Below, one piece after another: positions 18,391 to 32,699 of a stretch of DNA of 64,000 nucleotides. This DNA comes from the human T2T-CHM13v2.0 reference genome, Homo sapiens. Numbering within the stretch: the first letter of the stretch is position 1; every line of letters begins with the position of its first letter. A program made the translations under genes and the position numbers. Under the pieces are notes generated by a model. That model searched no databases. It was not told where the DNA came from and saw only the letters and a list, made by a program, of their open reading frames with translations. Where the stretch lies: NCBI RefSeq assembly GCF_009914755.1, contig NC_060932.1; one strand, written 5' to 3'.

Positions 18391-18580
18391 AGAGTTGTCA
18401 GATTTGGCAAATAAAAATACAGGATGATGAGTTAAATCTGAATTTCAGATTAAAAGGAATACTTTTTTAGTGTAAGTATAAACTATAAAATATTTGGGAC
18501 ATGCTTATATTAAAAAAGGAGTACTCATTGTTAATACGAAATCCACATTTAACTGGGCATCCTGTATTTTACCAGGCAAG
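18391..18580. mobile_element. MER53-like hAT MITE
   Basis: AAAATACAGGATG..GTTAAAT and its inverse ATTTAACTGGGCATCCTGTATTTT. Confidence 0.7.
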
Positions 18581-20921
18581 TCTCATCCCTGCCTTATCCC
18601 TTTGCACTTGCTGCTATCCCTTTTTCCGGGGCTCTCTGCTCCCAAATCATTGTCATTTAACTGAGCTTTCTTCGTCATCCAAATCACAGAGCAAATATCG
18701 CCTCCTCAGAAAAGCATTCTCTACTCACCCAATCTATATGGCTCCCGACACACACGTCTCCCTGACCCAGCCACTATCTCATTTCCTTGTTTTTTTCCTT
18801 TTTGACACATAAGCTCTATTAAGACTGGCACCTTGTCCATCCTGTTCACTTTTGTATTCCCATTACCTGTAACAGTGCTTGGCATATAGTAGATGTTCAG
18901 TAAAATACTTGTTTAATAAATGAATGCCCTCCTAACACACTAGCCTAGATAACATCTATAAATTTGAATAAACTGTAGGTCATAGAAGGTGACTCAGCCC
19001 TTTTCTTATTAAAGTGGAGGGAACCATCATTAGAAGAAGCCATATAAATTGAGCATACATTACTCGAATTATAGCCATGCTAGAATTATTTTAAAGTTAT
19101 TAGATTTCTCACCAGAAATATGTTAAGAAAGAAAACAGCAATTCTAAATTTTGGAAGTGATGTGAATCATTCAAATTATCACCCCTTTAAAAAAAGAAAA
19201 GAAAAAGAAGCTTAGAATTTCTAGGAAGCCAAAAAAAAGTCCCTAATTAGTTATTTAATGATTATTTCTTGTAAGTAACATATTAACTGTAGGCCAAATG
19301 TTCGAGATAATAAAGCTCTATTTTGCATAAGCTTTATGGACAGTTTGAAGTAATCCTCTTGAATATAAACTAATACATATTTCCATTTTTAAGAAGAATA
19401 GCTAGCTTTAATGTAATATTTTATAAAATATTTTCAAATATATAACTCCACTTGATCACTCTAGGTGATAAACCACACTAGCATAAACCACTATTTATGC
19501 TATTATGCTAGATCACTCTAGCGTAAACCACAATTTTTCTATATTTAGTTATTATAGAGGAATTAAATTTAGTATTACCTTTGCTTCTATGATACTGTCG
19601 TAAAAACCCCAAGTACAACATTTTCCTAATGGAAAATGTCCTCTGATTGACCACAACCCATTTACAATGCCATTTTCAAGAATGCTTTGCTACAAAAAAA
19701 TAACAACTGCCTTCAAATGGCCAGCTTTTTAAATACTAAACCCCTATTGATTTTCTTTTGCTTGGCTCAAAATAGTGTTAACGCATTTTAATCTGAATTT
19801 CCTGATTTCCACTGTTTGCATTCATTGCAATAAGGGAACTAATTATTAGTTCTTTGGGATACTGTCAGTGAAGGAATGCCAAAACAGCTATTGCACAGCA
19901 CACATACAGATTCCTCAGAAGCATGGGTCCCATGTTCTCATACTTTAAACCCACATTACTTAGTTTCAAACTTTAAAGTTGAGCCATTTTTAATTCGTCT
20001 TGGAGGCAGTTATGGAGGGTAACTCTCTGTAGAGTTAGTTGCTCCCCTGATGATTGAGTGATTAATACCTTTGGCATAGGGATGACTTCATCCAGGGACC
20101 TGGCAACAGTCCCCCTTGCTTCCTCATCCTTAATCTTCAATTCTCTTACACTGCTATGCTGAACTTCTTCAGCACAGACTGTGGGAAGTGAGCCACGGAG
20201 CCACTGAATTAATTGCCATTGCTCCCAGCACGCCTGGTAGTCTGGCAGCAGACAAAATCACGTGACCGCAAAATGGCTAATTCAGGACATCAGCCCATTA
20301 TGGTAGGTGCCCAAAGGGAAAATGACTGGAAAAGGCCACAGTCTCAATTTATCCTTGGCCTTTTGTGACCTCTCTATAACACTTGACTCAATACATTTTT
20401 GTTCTCTTTGTGCCAAATAACACTACTACACAACGTGGAGTGCTAATTATTCCAATTTACATGAGCTAAAGGACTGGAGCTTTTTCCCTAAGACCTTTGG
20501 ACAATCACACACATTGCATTTCAGCTCTAAGCCTATCCATTCACTATGCTACATCTTCCTATCTTTGTCTACATAATGTAAAGCAAACCTTGTCCTCGTT
20601 TTTAATCTGACTATCCCCCTCCATATCACCCGGGCAACATCAGTCCTACCCTGAATTGGAGAGGCAAGGTGGCTCCTGGCAGCTTTTTAGCTGGTTCAGA
20701 TCAGGGAACCTGAAGACTCATTCATTCACTGACTCATTCAACCTTCATTTATTAAATACCTACAAGGCACTATGCTAAGTACTGTGAGGAAATAAAGATG
20801 ATTCAGAACAAGGGTTTATCCTAAAGAGGTTTACTGTCTACCAGTAGATATTAAACATGTATAAACAGCTACCATAATGCCAGGAGAGAGGGTGACACAA
20901 CCCATAGAGAAAGAGAGCCTT

Positions 20922-21343
<422 letters not shown>

Positions 21344-22025
21344 TTAAGCTGAGCTGCAGGCCTGAGCAAAGGCACAGCTGTGGGGCAGAGCCCTGGAGCC
21401 GACAGCATCCCCCGACAGTTCAGTAGGCTCCAAGAGTCCCAGGCTTAGAATCAAAGCTTTGGGTCAAGCCCCAGCTTTGCTATCTTTTAGACCTGTAACC
21501 TTCATCACTTAACTTTTCTGAGCTTCAGTTTCCTTCTGTAGATTGGGAAAGATAATTACTGTTCAAATCTGCATGCAGTTGTGCAAATAAAATAGGATAA
21601 CAAAGAAGTTGAAGTTCATGATTACAATTAAACTCATGTTCCCTTTTCTCAAGACCATTTTCCCCAGTTACCCTGGGTTTCTGCCTCCCAATTTGTTCCC
21701 ACAGTTTTCCTCACCTTGTCGTCAATATCCCATCCTCCTCCAATAGAAAAATAATAATATTAAATAACATTAAATAGCCATCCCTGCATCTTCTGAGGCT
21801 GAGTGCAGGAGGTATTGTTTCCCTTTTGAAGATGTCTCCAGATTGACACCCTAGCTAAAACTATCCACAGAACTTATACCCTTTGATAAGCTCCAGGGAG
21901 AAACAAAAGCCTTCCAAATTCCAGGACAATGGAATTGTTATTTTGGGCTTTTCTTTCAGTGTCATTTCACTGTATTAGATAGATAAATGAGATGGCCTAA
22001 TTATGGGTTAAAAATCATAGATATC

Positions 22026-22308
22026 ACACCTGTAATCCCAGCACTTTGGGAGGCCAAGGCAGGCAGATCACCTGAGGTCAAGAGTTTGAGATCAGCCTGG
22101 CCAACATGGTGGAACCCCATCTCTACCCAAAAAAAACAAATACAAAAATTAGCTGGACCTAGTGGAGCACACCTGTAGTCCCAGCTACTCAGAAGGCTCA
22201 GGCAGGAAAATCGCTTGCACCCAGAAGGGGAGATTGCAGTGAACCGAGATTGTGCCACTGCACTCCAGACTGGGCGACAGAGCGAGACTCTGTCTCAAAA
22301 AAAAAAAA
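22026..22308 (+). mobile_element. AluS (5'-truncated)
   Basis: Starts at CACACCTGTAATCCC; poly(A) tail. Confidence 0.95.
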
Positions 22309-22758
22309 GTGAAGGACACATGTAGATCCTCAAATTGTTTCTTCTAATCATCAAATTAGGATTTCTGTTAACTTTAAGTTACAAATCATGAGCAATTATA
22401 TATGCATAATGAAACTATGAATACAAGCCTATAATCATAGCAGAACTGAGAAATATAAACATCCATGCACATTCAAATAATTACATTGTTGATCTTGATC
22501 ATTTGAAATTCTGTATCAACAGAGGCATGTCTTTCTGGGTCAAAAAGCTAGATATAGAAAAAGGGAACTCCTAGGGACAGGATTTATGCTTTTCCCAATG
22601 CCTGATACCATACTTGGCATATGCTAGATGCTCAAGAAATAATCACTGGACAAATGAATTAATTAGTGAAAATTATATCTCTATCTTTCCTCTACTCCCA
22701 AATTCCATCACAAACTGGATGGCTCATTGCTACCTTAAACTCAACAAGATTCAACCCA

Positions 22759-23058
22759 GGCCAGGCATGGTAGCTCACAGCTGTAATCCTAACACTTTAG
22801 GAGACCAAGGCATGTGGATCACCTGAGATCAGAAGTTTGAGACCAGCCTAGACAACATGGCAAAACCCCATCTCTACGAAAAATACAGAAGCTAGCCAGG
22901 CATGGTGGTTCATGCCTGTAATCCCAGCTACTCAGGAGGCTGAGGCAGGAGAATTACTTGAACCTAGAGAAGTGGAGGTTGCAGTGAGCCAAGATCGCAC
23001 CACTGCACTCCAGCCTGGGTGACAGAGTGAGACTCTGTCACACACACACACACAAAAA
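22759..23058 (+). mobile_element. AluS with (CA)n tail
   Basis: Full Alu; tail replaced by CA microsatellite. Confidence 0.95.
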
Positions 23059-23588
23059 ATCCTTTTTTCATGATTTTCTATTTCTATCAATTTTCTGAGT
23101 CACCCAAGCTCAAGTCTGCATTTGGTTTTTCATCTCATACTTAGTCACTTTCTATCAGTTACCAATTCCTATTGATGGTTTTTAAAGGGTAAACCTCACA
23201 TCTGTTCCTTCTTTTTTCATTCATTCCACTGTTGACCATCTAAGAACATGAACCAATGTTTCTCCTTATGTCTGTGATCATTTTGCTCCCTGGGGCATAG
23301 GGAGGTGCTTCCTTCATGAGATGAACTGTCTAAACATTTTAGCCTAGCATGTTCAGCATGACCAGAACAGACACCACATGATCAGATCCAGAATTACCTT
23401 TCCAGCCCTAATCTGTACAGGTATGTTACATATACTTTATTTCCTGATTCCTCTGGATTAGTTGTCCCCCTCTCCAGACTCTGCTGCTTTACTCGAGCCT
23501 GGAGAGTCTTATGTACCCTTGATATCCAGCTCAAATATTTCCTCATCCATAAGTCCTCAGTGACTGCCATCCAGAGTAAGCACATCCT

Positions 23589-24239
<651 letters not shown>

Positions 24240-24349
24240 ACCCCTCCATAAATTCCCAGACTACTTAAATCAAGTCTCTCTTAAGAAACTTACCACATTT
24301 GACTTTGCATTTTTAAAGATTATGCACTTATTTTGATCATCCTCACTAG

Positions 24350-25050
24350 GTCATAAATTCATCTACTTGTTAAAAAACACGCATAGAATACTTATTGTGC
24401 TCAAGGAACTGGGATAGACAGTGATGCTTCAGCAATGAAGAAGACAGTCACAGTCTCTTCCCTGATGAAGCTTCCTTTGCAGCAAAAGAAATGGGAATTT
24501 TCAAAAAACCGTAAAAAAGCCAGAGCAAATGAAGGAGAAAGTAAATGAGGCAAATGCAGAAATGTGGACAGAACCTGCCTATGAAGGGGCCTTGTAGGTT
24601 ATGATAAAGAATGTAGTATTCTTCTCAATGTGCAGGAAGCCATTGATGGGCTTTCTGCAGAGGAAAGACATATTGGGCTTGGGTTTGTCAGAGGCTTCAC
24701 TGGCTGCTATGTGGAGAAGAGGCTGTAGAGAAACTAGTTAAGCAGACTACTCGCATATCTAGGCAAATATCAATCGTGGCTTACTCTAGAGTGGTAACAG
24801 TGAAGATGCAGAAAAGTAGAGGCATCAGAGGTACTCTCTAGAGATAAAGCCTGCAGAATTTGTTCACGGATTGAACGTAGGAGAAAGGAAAACAAGAATT
24901 AAGATTGAGTCCTAGCTTTTTGACCTGAGCAACTCTGTGGATGCCATTTACTGAGTAGAATATGTTGAAGAAAGAACCAAGGTGATGAGTGATGAATAGA
25001 GAGGCTTGAGCATGTTTGAATGCTGATGGAAATCAGCCATTGGAGAGAAG
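24350..25050 (-). mobile_element. L2 fragment
   Basis: GGAAGCCATTGATGGG, CTGGCTGCTATGTGGAGAA, TTTTTGACCTGAGCAACT. Confidence 0.7.
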
Positions 25051-27611
25051 GCGAGTGAAGATACAGGGTAAAGAAGGAATCAATCTTTAGTGGGCCCCAG
25101 AGTTGCAAAGTCTGGGCTACCTGCCAACATGGGCACTTAGGGGCTAAGTGTCACTAAGTTCATGGAACCTTAGACCATACACTTCGGCCAGTCAGGATGG
25201 AGGGAACACTGGGTTATACATGCATGAAAGAGAGGATGAGTCTGTTCAATGACCACAATTCTCAATCCTAATCTTGACATCTTTCAGAAGCAACACTAAA
25301 GGAAGAAATTTTAGAACATTTTTTGTCACTGTTCTCTATCCAGCCCTCTCAAAAAAGAAATCTTCCCTGGAAAAAAGGTAGGTTGCAAAGCAGTATGCAT
25401 TGAGCAACCTGCAAACATACACACTCTCATGCATGTGTGTGCACACGCACACACACACTTTATACATATTTGTAAATAATTGAGGACTGCTATTAAAATG
25501 TAAATGTCAGTATCTTGATGATTGGATTATAATTAATTTTTTCACTGTATGCACTTCATAAATTTTCTACAATTAATATGCCATTTTTGTATTAAGAAAA
25601 AAACTAATAAATTTTTTTGTTAGTATTTATTAGTAAATTTAATAAATGAACTTATTGGATAAATATCTCAGCTCTCAGCCACACCCACATTTTGTGTGAT
25701 TCTTCAAGAAGGAAGAGACTGGCACAGGCAGCTGTGTGGTCTGACTCAAGGCATCAGATCTGTCCAGTTTGCTGGTCTCCCCTCCCTACAAGGAGTATGC
25801 ACGTCCTCCCCAAGTCACTTGCTGCAGTCCCAGCCTCTGTCCTCTACCTGCAAGAGTCCAGTCAGGGTGCCCACTGCCATTTCTCAGATCATCATTTATA
25901 ATTTTTTATTTTGTATGTCTTAATATGTATTATGTTTAAAATTCAAAAATACAACAGATAGATAGTGAAAACTTCTTCTCACACCACCCTTGTTACCCAA
26001 ACACCCAGCTCCCCTTCTCTAGAAAACAAATGTTACCAGTTTCTTGTGTAATCTTCTAGACACAAATTGTAAAAGAAAGAATTTTTTAATTGTATTACAT
26101 ATAAATCAGTGTTTACTTTAGAAATATTAGAAAATGCAAATAACCACTAAGAAGACAATAGAGTCATCCCTCTCACACTGTTCATGTTTGGATGTATGTC
26201 ATTCCAAATTTCTATATGCTTAAATTAACACCTATGTTTATCAATCATTTATCAATATGCTCTCTCAAATTTAGATCTATAACCTTTTTTAAACAAATAT
26301 GTCGTGAATATCTCTCCATACAACAAAGGTTCTACATATTACCTTTTACTTGTACAATAGTATTCCATTATTTGAACACAACATTAAACAATTCATTTTT
26401 GCAGGACATTTAGATTGGTGTAAAATTTTTTTAATACTGTGATGAATATCTGTGTGTTTTTATTTGTATTTATCACTGATGATATCTACAGCATAAATTC
26501 CTAGATGAGAATTGCTAGGTCTTTTCAAGCCTTCATGAGAACTGGCTCTTTAGTTTTGAAAAGCTACTGATTCCTGACTGGCTGTGAGAAGAAACCATTT
26601 TCCTCCTTCTTTGTCATTACCTCCATGCCCAGCACAGTGTTAATAACATAATTTAGAATTGACAAAATACTTTTTGGATGTGTTAGCCAAATTCACTTTA
26701 AAATAGCTAAAATTTCCTACCACTCACTCCCTGTTCAAACCTCTCCCAGTACCCCTCCTTCCTCAATTCCCACCCAAGGAGGAAGCCACATTTTTTTGAA
26801 GCCATGAGCTCAAACACAGAATTAGAGAGAACATAACTACTACAAGTGCTTTTTTCACAAAATACTTCAGCTGAAAGTGACTGACACTCATACATAATTC
26901 AGTTACCATTTACTGAGAGCCTTCTGTGTACTATGCCAGCTATGCTATTTATATGATCTCCTATTTTATGAGGGATATTTTATTATCCTCAATTTATAGA
27001 TAACAGTTAATAATTTTTTAAAGGTAGCTGACATTTATAGAGTGCTTACTATGTTTCAGGCACTGTTCTATGCATCCCATATTCATTCATTCAACAAATA
27101 TTTAGAACCTGCTATGTGCCAGGCATGGTGCTAGGTGATAAAGAGCGGTGAGAGAAACAAACAAAATTCCATCGGAAAAGGGAAATCAATTACAAAGAGA
27201 AACAAGGAAACTGTAAAATGAGCAAGATTCTGAAAGGGAACAAAAGGAAAAATAGAGCAGGCAAGGGGGACATGACACTCTCATGAACCCTTATAGGGGC
27301 TGTATGCAGTAGAGACTACTATTACCTTCATTTCAGCAATTTAGAAAAAAACAATTGAAGGAAAGAGAGATTAAGTAACTTGTCCAAGTTTTATGGAACT
27401 AAAGTAGATGAGTAATGGATGCACCAAGGGGACCTCTGGAGGCTTTAGAGCCCCCATTCAATGTCCATCCCATTCAATGTCCATCACCACCTCACCCCCA
27501 GACTTTGAAATGAGTAATTGATGTTTTTTCAGTCTTGTGTAAACAGCCCTGGGGCACAGCCTCAAAGCTCCAACACCTACCATGCCAACACAACATCACC
27601 ATACAATCATT

Positions 27612-29570
27612 CCAGCCACCGCTTTGTGGAAATGAGCAGCCCAGAAACCGCTCTGTGGAAGTGATCACCCAGACACTGCCCTGTGGAAGTGAGCGCCCCA
27701 AACACTGCTCTGTGGAAGTGATCAACCAGACACTGCTCTGTGGAAGTGAGAGTCCCACATACCACTCTGTGGAAGTCAGCACCCCAGACACCGCTTTGTG
27801 GAAATGATCACCCCAGACGCTGCTCTGTGGAAATGAGCACACCAGACACTGCTCTGTGGAATGAGAGCCCCAGACACTGCTCTGTGGAAGTGATCACCCA
27901 GACACTGCTCTGTGGAAGTGAGCGCCCCAGACATTGCTCTGTGGAAGTGAGCGCCCCAGACACTGCTCTGTGGAAGTGAGAGCCCCAGACATTGCTCTGT
28001 GGAATGAGAGCCCCAGACACTGCTCTATGGAAGTGAGCGCCCCAGACATTGCTCTGTGGAAGTGAGCACCCCAGACACCGCTCTGTGGAAGTCAGCGCCC
28101 CAGACACTGCTCTGTGGAAGTGATCAACCAGACACTGCCCTGTGGAAGTGAGCACCCAGATACTGCTCTGTGGAAGTGATCACCCAGACACCGCTCTGTG
28201 GAAGTGAGCGCCCCAGACACCGCTCTGTGGAAGTGATCACCCAGACACTGCTCTGTGGAAGTGATCACCCAGACACTGCTCTGTGGAAGTGATCACCCAG
28301 ACACTGCCCTGTGGAAGTGAGCGCCCCAAACACTGCTCTGTGGAAGTGATCAACCAGACACTGCTCTGTGGAAGTGAGAGTCCCACATACCGCTCTGTGG
28401 AAGTCAGCACCCCAGACACCGCTTTGTGGAAATGATCACCCCAGACGCTGCTCTGTGGAAATGAGCACACCAGACACTGCTCTGTGGAAGTGAGAGCCCC
28501 AGACACTGCTCTGTGGAAGTGATCAACCAGACACTGCTCGGTGGAAGTGAGCGCTCCAGATACTGCTCTGTGGAAGTGAGCGCCCCAGACACTGCTCTGT
28601 GGAAGTGATCAACCAGACACTGCTCTGTGGAAGTGAGCGCCCCAGACACTGCTCTGTGGAAGTGATCACCCAGACACGGCTCTGTGGAAGTGAGCGCCCC
28701 AGACATTGCTCTGTGGAAGTGATCACTCAGACACCACTCTGCGGAATTGAGTGCCCCAGACACCGCTCTGTGGAAGTGAGTGCCCCAGACACTGCTCTGT
28801 GGAAGTGATCACCCAGACACTGCTCTGTGGAAGTGAGCACCCCAGACATTGCTCTGTGGAAGTGAGCGCCCCAGTCACTGCTCTGTGGAAGTGATCAACC
28901 AGACACTGCCCTGTGGAAGTGAGCACCCAGATACTGCTCTGTGGAAGTGATCACCCAGACACCACTCTGTGGAAGTGAGTGCCCCAGACACTGCTCTGTG
29001 GAAGTGATCAATCAGACACTGCCCTGTGGAAGTGAGCGCTCCAGACACTGCTCTGTGGAAGTGATCACCCAGACACTGCTCTGTGGAAGTGAGCGCCCCA
29101 GACACCACTCTGTGGAAGTGATCAACCAGACACTGCCCTGTGGAAGTGAGCGCCCAGATACTGCTCTGTGGAAGTAAGCGCCCAGATACTGCTCTGTGGA
29201 AGTCATCACCCAGACACCGCTCTGTGGAAGTGAGTGCCCCAGACACTGTTCTGTGGAAGTGATCAACCAGACACTGCCCTGTGGAAGTGAGCGCTCCAGA
29301 CACTGCTCTGTGGAAATGAGCACCCCAGACACTGCTCTGTGGAAGTGAACACCCAGACACCACTCTGTGGAAGTGAGCACCCCAGACACCGCTCTGTGGA
29401 AGTGAATAACCAGACACTGCCCTGTGGAAGTGAGCACCAAGACACTGCTCTGTGGAAGTGAGCGCCCCAGACACTGCTCTGTGGAAGTAATCACCCAGAC
29501 GCCACTCTGTGGAAGTGATCAGCCAGATGCCACTTGTGAAAGTGAGCGCCCCGATGCCACTCTGTGGAAA
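27612..29570. repeat. 28/29-bp minisatellite (VNTR), roughly 68 units
   Basis: Tandem GCTCTGTGGAAGTGA[GCGCC|TCAC|TCAA|GCACC]CCAGACACT, degenerate at both edges. Confidence 0.97.
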
Positions 29571-30174
29571 CTCAGCAGCTACCACAGTAGATGAAGAATA
29601 AAACTGGCACATGATTTGCCAGTGACAAACAAAGAATTATCACTCATCCCAAAGACGACCCTGGCAGACATATATGATTAACTCAAAGGGGACACCAAAG
29701 GCTTTACAGACAGCAAACAGAGAGAAGTGAAGCTGCTTGCCCAAGGTCATACAGGTAACAACAGCTGGGGCCAGATTCCAGCCCACATCTCTCTGGTTCC
29801 TAAAGCTGAGGGAGATGACATGCACCAAGGCTCCAGACTGTGCCAGGACACCCTCTCAGAGCCGCAGCCTGCGAAGAGGTTGGCTGAAGGGAGAGGGGGT
29901 TTGAAGTCTGAAGTACTTTTCCACTCCCTAAACAATTTATTGGTCTTCTCACCCCCATCCTGTCATTAACAGAGCTTCAAGAGCTGTTCAGTCTCCAAGC
30001 CATTTTGCTTTAGGAAGCTTTGATTTGAAAAATGAGATAAGTAGTTTCAGGGCTGTCATCAATAGGAAATTAGGGGATAAAAAGAAATCTATTTAAATGG
30101 CTTTTAAATATTCACAAGGCGAGCCATCGGGTCTCTGCCCTGTTCCTCTGCTCTGCTCCCCCTGCCCAGATAAC

Positions 30175-30349
30175 CTGTCACATCAGTATAATGAATACAA
30201 GCTGTGCGGGTAGCAGATGTCGCAGTGGCAGGAGCACCGCCAGCAATGGCCTGAGCTCCTGCCCCCGCAGGAACTTGTTTCTTCAGGGAAGTGATTCCAT
30301 AAAGGGTCTTTGACAAGGCTTCTCTCAAACAGCCACAAGACAAGATGCA
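30175..30349 (-). other. candidate exon of a minus-strand non-coding transcript
   Basis: Good acceptor TTTCTTTGTGTCTGTTATTTTCCAG; weak donor CAG|GTTATC; unique sequence. Confidence 0.3.
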
Positions 30350-30379
30350 CTGGAAAATAACAGACACAAAGAAATGACA

Positions 30380-30960
30380 ATCTGATTTAAAAGAAGCTTG
30401 TAAAGGAGTATAAATAGGTAAAACCTCTTTGGATGAAATTTGTGAAATGCACCAGAATTTAAATATGGATTCCCTCTGACCTCGTAATTCCACTTCTAGG
30501 ACAATTACTAGAACATGTGTATGTATGCATATGCAAGGAGATGGCAGACACACTTTGACATTTGTAATCTGAAAAACCGCAAAGTAAATGTGCATCAATA
30601 CAAGCATGTTTAAATGAATTATGTATATTATACAACAGTATATATTGTTTAGTGAGTAAAAGGGATAAGGTACACGTGTTTCAACAAGGAAAAAGGGCTG
30701 CAAATATTATTCTATGCAAAAAAGTTGGGTGCAAGGCCATATGATACAATCCCATTTATGTAAAATATACAGCTACATATTAATATTTGCATTCAAAAGA
30801 CCAGAAAGATATCCACCAGACTGCCCACAGTTATTAATTCTGAAGAGTGGAATGGGGCTGGGGCTGGGGCTGGGGCTGGGGAAGAACTGCCTTTCACTCT
30901 TCACTTTATGCAGCTCTCCATAAGTAGAATTTTGACAAGTAGATGATATTTTAAAATTTT
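30380..30960 (+). mobile_element. degraded L1ME 3' end
   Basis: CTCTGACCTCGTAATTCCACTTCTAGG, TGCATCAATA..GTTTAAATGAATTATG. Confidence 0.65.
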
Positions 30961-31390
30961 TAAAGGACTAGTAGGCCTCATACTTTTGAGATCAGCTATT
31001 CTTAGAGAAAAATTAAGAAAATCAGACACAGACACATTAGCAAATGAAGCTTTAAGCTTATAATTATGTGTTTCATTTCAGCCCTTTCAACTGAATAAAA
31101 TTTAGTGTCATAAATAATAGAATTATGAAGAATTTACTTTGGGATTTTCAGTCCCCATTTGATCTCAAACTGTTTAACTTAATATATACTTGGTTTTCAA
31201 CTTTATTAAGGCAACCTTAGTTTTATTTTACTTTCTGATCTGCAAATCCCCTCACAAGCCGCCTGCATACCTGCCTGATAGGTATTGCCACCTGGATGTT
31301 CCCACGGACTCAAAACTAACATATCTCCCCCTGTGTCTTCTAAGGACATTCCCATTCTACCCACCAGCTGAGCTTCAAACTCTCATTCTT

Positions 31391-31683
31391 TTTTTTTTTT
31401 TTTGTAATTTCATTTTTATTTGTTATTTTAGGTTCAGGGGATACATGTGCAGGTTTGCTACATGGATATATTACATAATGGTGAGTTCTGGGCTTCTATG
31501 AACCCATCACCAAAATAGTGAACACTGTACCCAGTAGGTAATTTTTCAACCTTCACTCCCCTTCCACTCTCCCCACTTTTGGAGTCTCCAGTGTCTATTA
31601 TTTCCACCTTTACGTCCATGTGTACCAGTGTTTAGCTCCCTTACAAGTGAGAATGTGCAGAATTTGATTTTCTGTTTTGAGTG
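31391..31683 (-). mobile_element. L1PA (older, PA15/16-like) 3' end
   Basis: Poly-T, ATACATGTGCAGGTTTG; TSD AAACTCTCATTCTT on both sides. Confidence 0.9.
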
Positions 31684-32699
31684 AAACTCTCATTCTTGTT
31701 GAGTCACCCTCCATCTTGCTGCCTCAGTAAACTGGTGGTGAAGTACTTCTTGTTCTTCATTCACAGTATCTTACGTCACTTTGCCATTTCCAAGGCCAGC
31801 TTCTGAATGCAGGCCTTTATTACAGTGTCTATAATAGCGTACTTGCGTGCACTCTCCACTACACCCCACCTCTACCCCTCCACCGCCATGACCCTTAATA
31901 GAACATAAGCTCCTCCAATGAAGAGTTCATGTTCTATTCATCTCAGCACCCAGTATCCTGATAGGGCAGAGTGGGTGCTACATTAATATCTTTTCAGTGA
32001 ACAAATGGGTGGAAAGGAGTAGTCGATCTTTATTTCTAATAGGTTCTCCTCTTCTCATCTCCTCATCCCCCACCCATTTTCTGCAACTTTCCTCCCTAGT
32101 TGATTATTCAATAGCAGCAGCAGCATTGGTAATTTGCCACTTCTCAGATGACAGCATAATCCTTTCAAATTCAGCCATGAATGGAGTTTGGAGGGCTTTA
32201 TTTTGATATATTCAGTGGTTTTCAAAGAAAACTTGAAAAATTCAAAGCCATAGAAACTGAAAAACTCCAATAGGCCCTAAACTTTCATTGAGACTCTTAC
32301 AAAACAGTAGAAATGTGCATTTATGAATTATCTGAGGGTTAAAGACCAAGGTCCCTTAATTATCCATTGTTAAATATGATTTTATGAGGGGAATGCACAA
32401 GCATTAAGAACAGAATCGTGTAATTTACAAATCACTTCTAAATAGTTCTCTATGATTTCAGCTTATTAGAGGTTGTTAATATTCTATTGCTCAGAGGTCA
32501 TGAGCACATTCTGCTGGCGGTATAGATCACAGAACAGAAAGTGACAAGGGGAGAATGTGAAGTATCCCAATTATTATTTCTTTTAAAAAGGGCTGTCATG
32601 ACCTTCTCCTCAGAGCGTGAACTGTATCTTGCAAAGTCTGACAATGCTACAAACTTTCTCCATTAGCCTGGCTACTGTGGGCTGAAGGGGAAATTACCT

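Larger units (their letters stand above)
17380..18925 (+). mobile_element. L2 3' region with nested Alu and MER53
   Basis: CTCCTCTGCTTAAAATTCTCC, ACAGTGCTTGGCATATAGTAG..AATAAATGAATG L2 terminus. Confidence 0.8.

Noticed and set aside
27453-27485. 16-bp tandem duplication CCCATTCAATGTCCAT
   Set aside because: Ordinary slippage; similar small duplications occur at ~42160, ~62440 and ~62690.
27612-29570. CRISPR-like array
   Set aside because: The variable parts are only 4-5 nt and recur; there are no unique spacers or cas genes, and the context is eukaryotic. It is a minisatellite.
30104-30703. 199-aa minus-strand ORF
   Set aside because: Its N-terminal half lies in the antisense of a degraded L1, it has a non-ATG start, and there is no recognisable domain.
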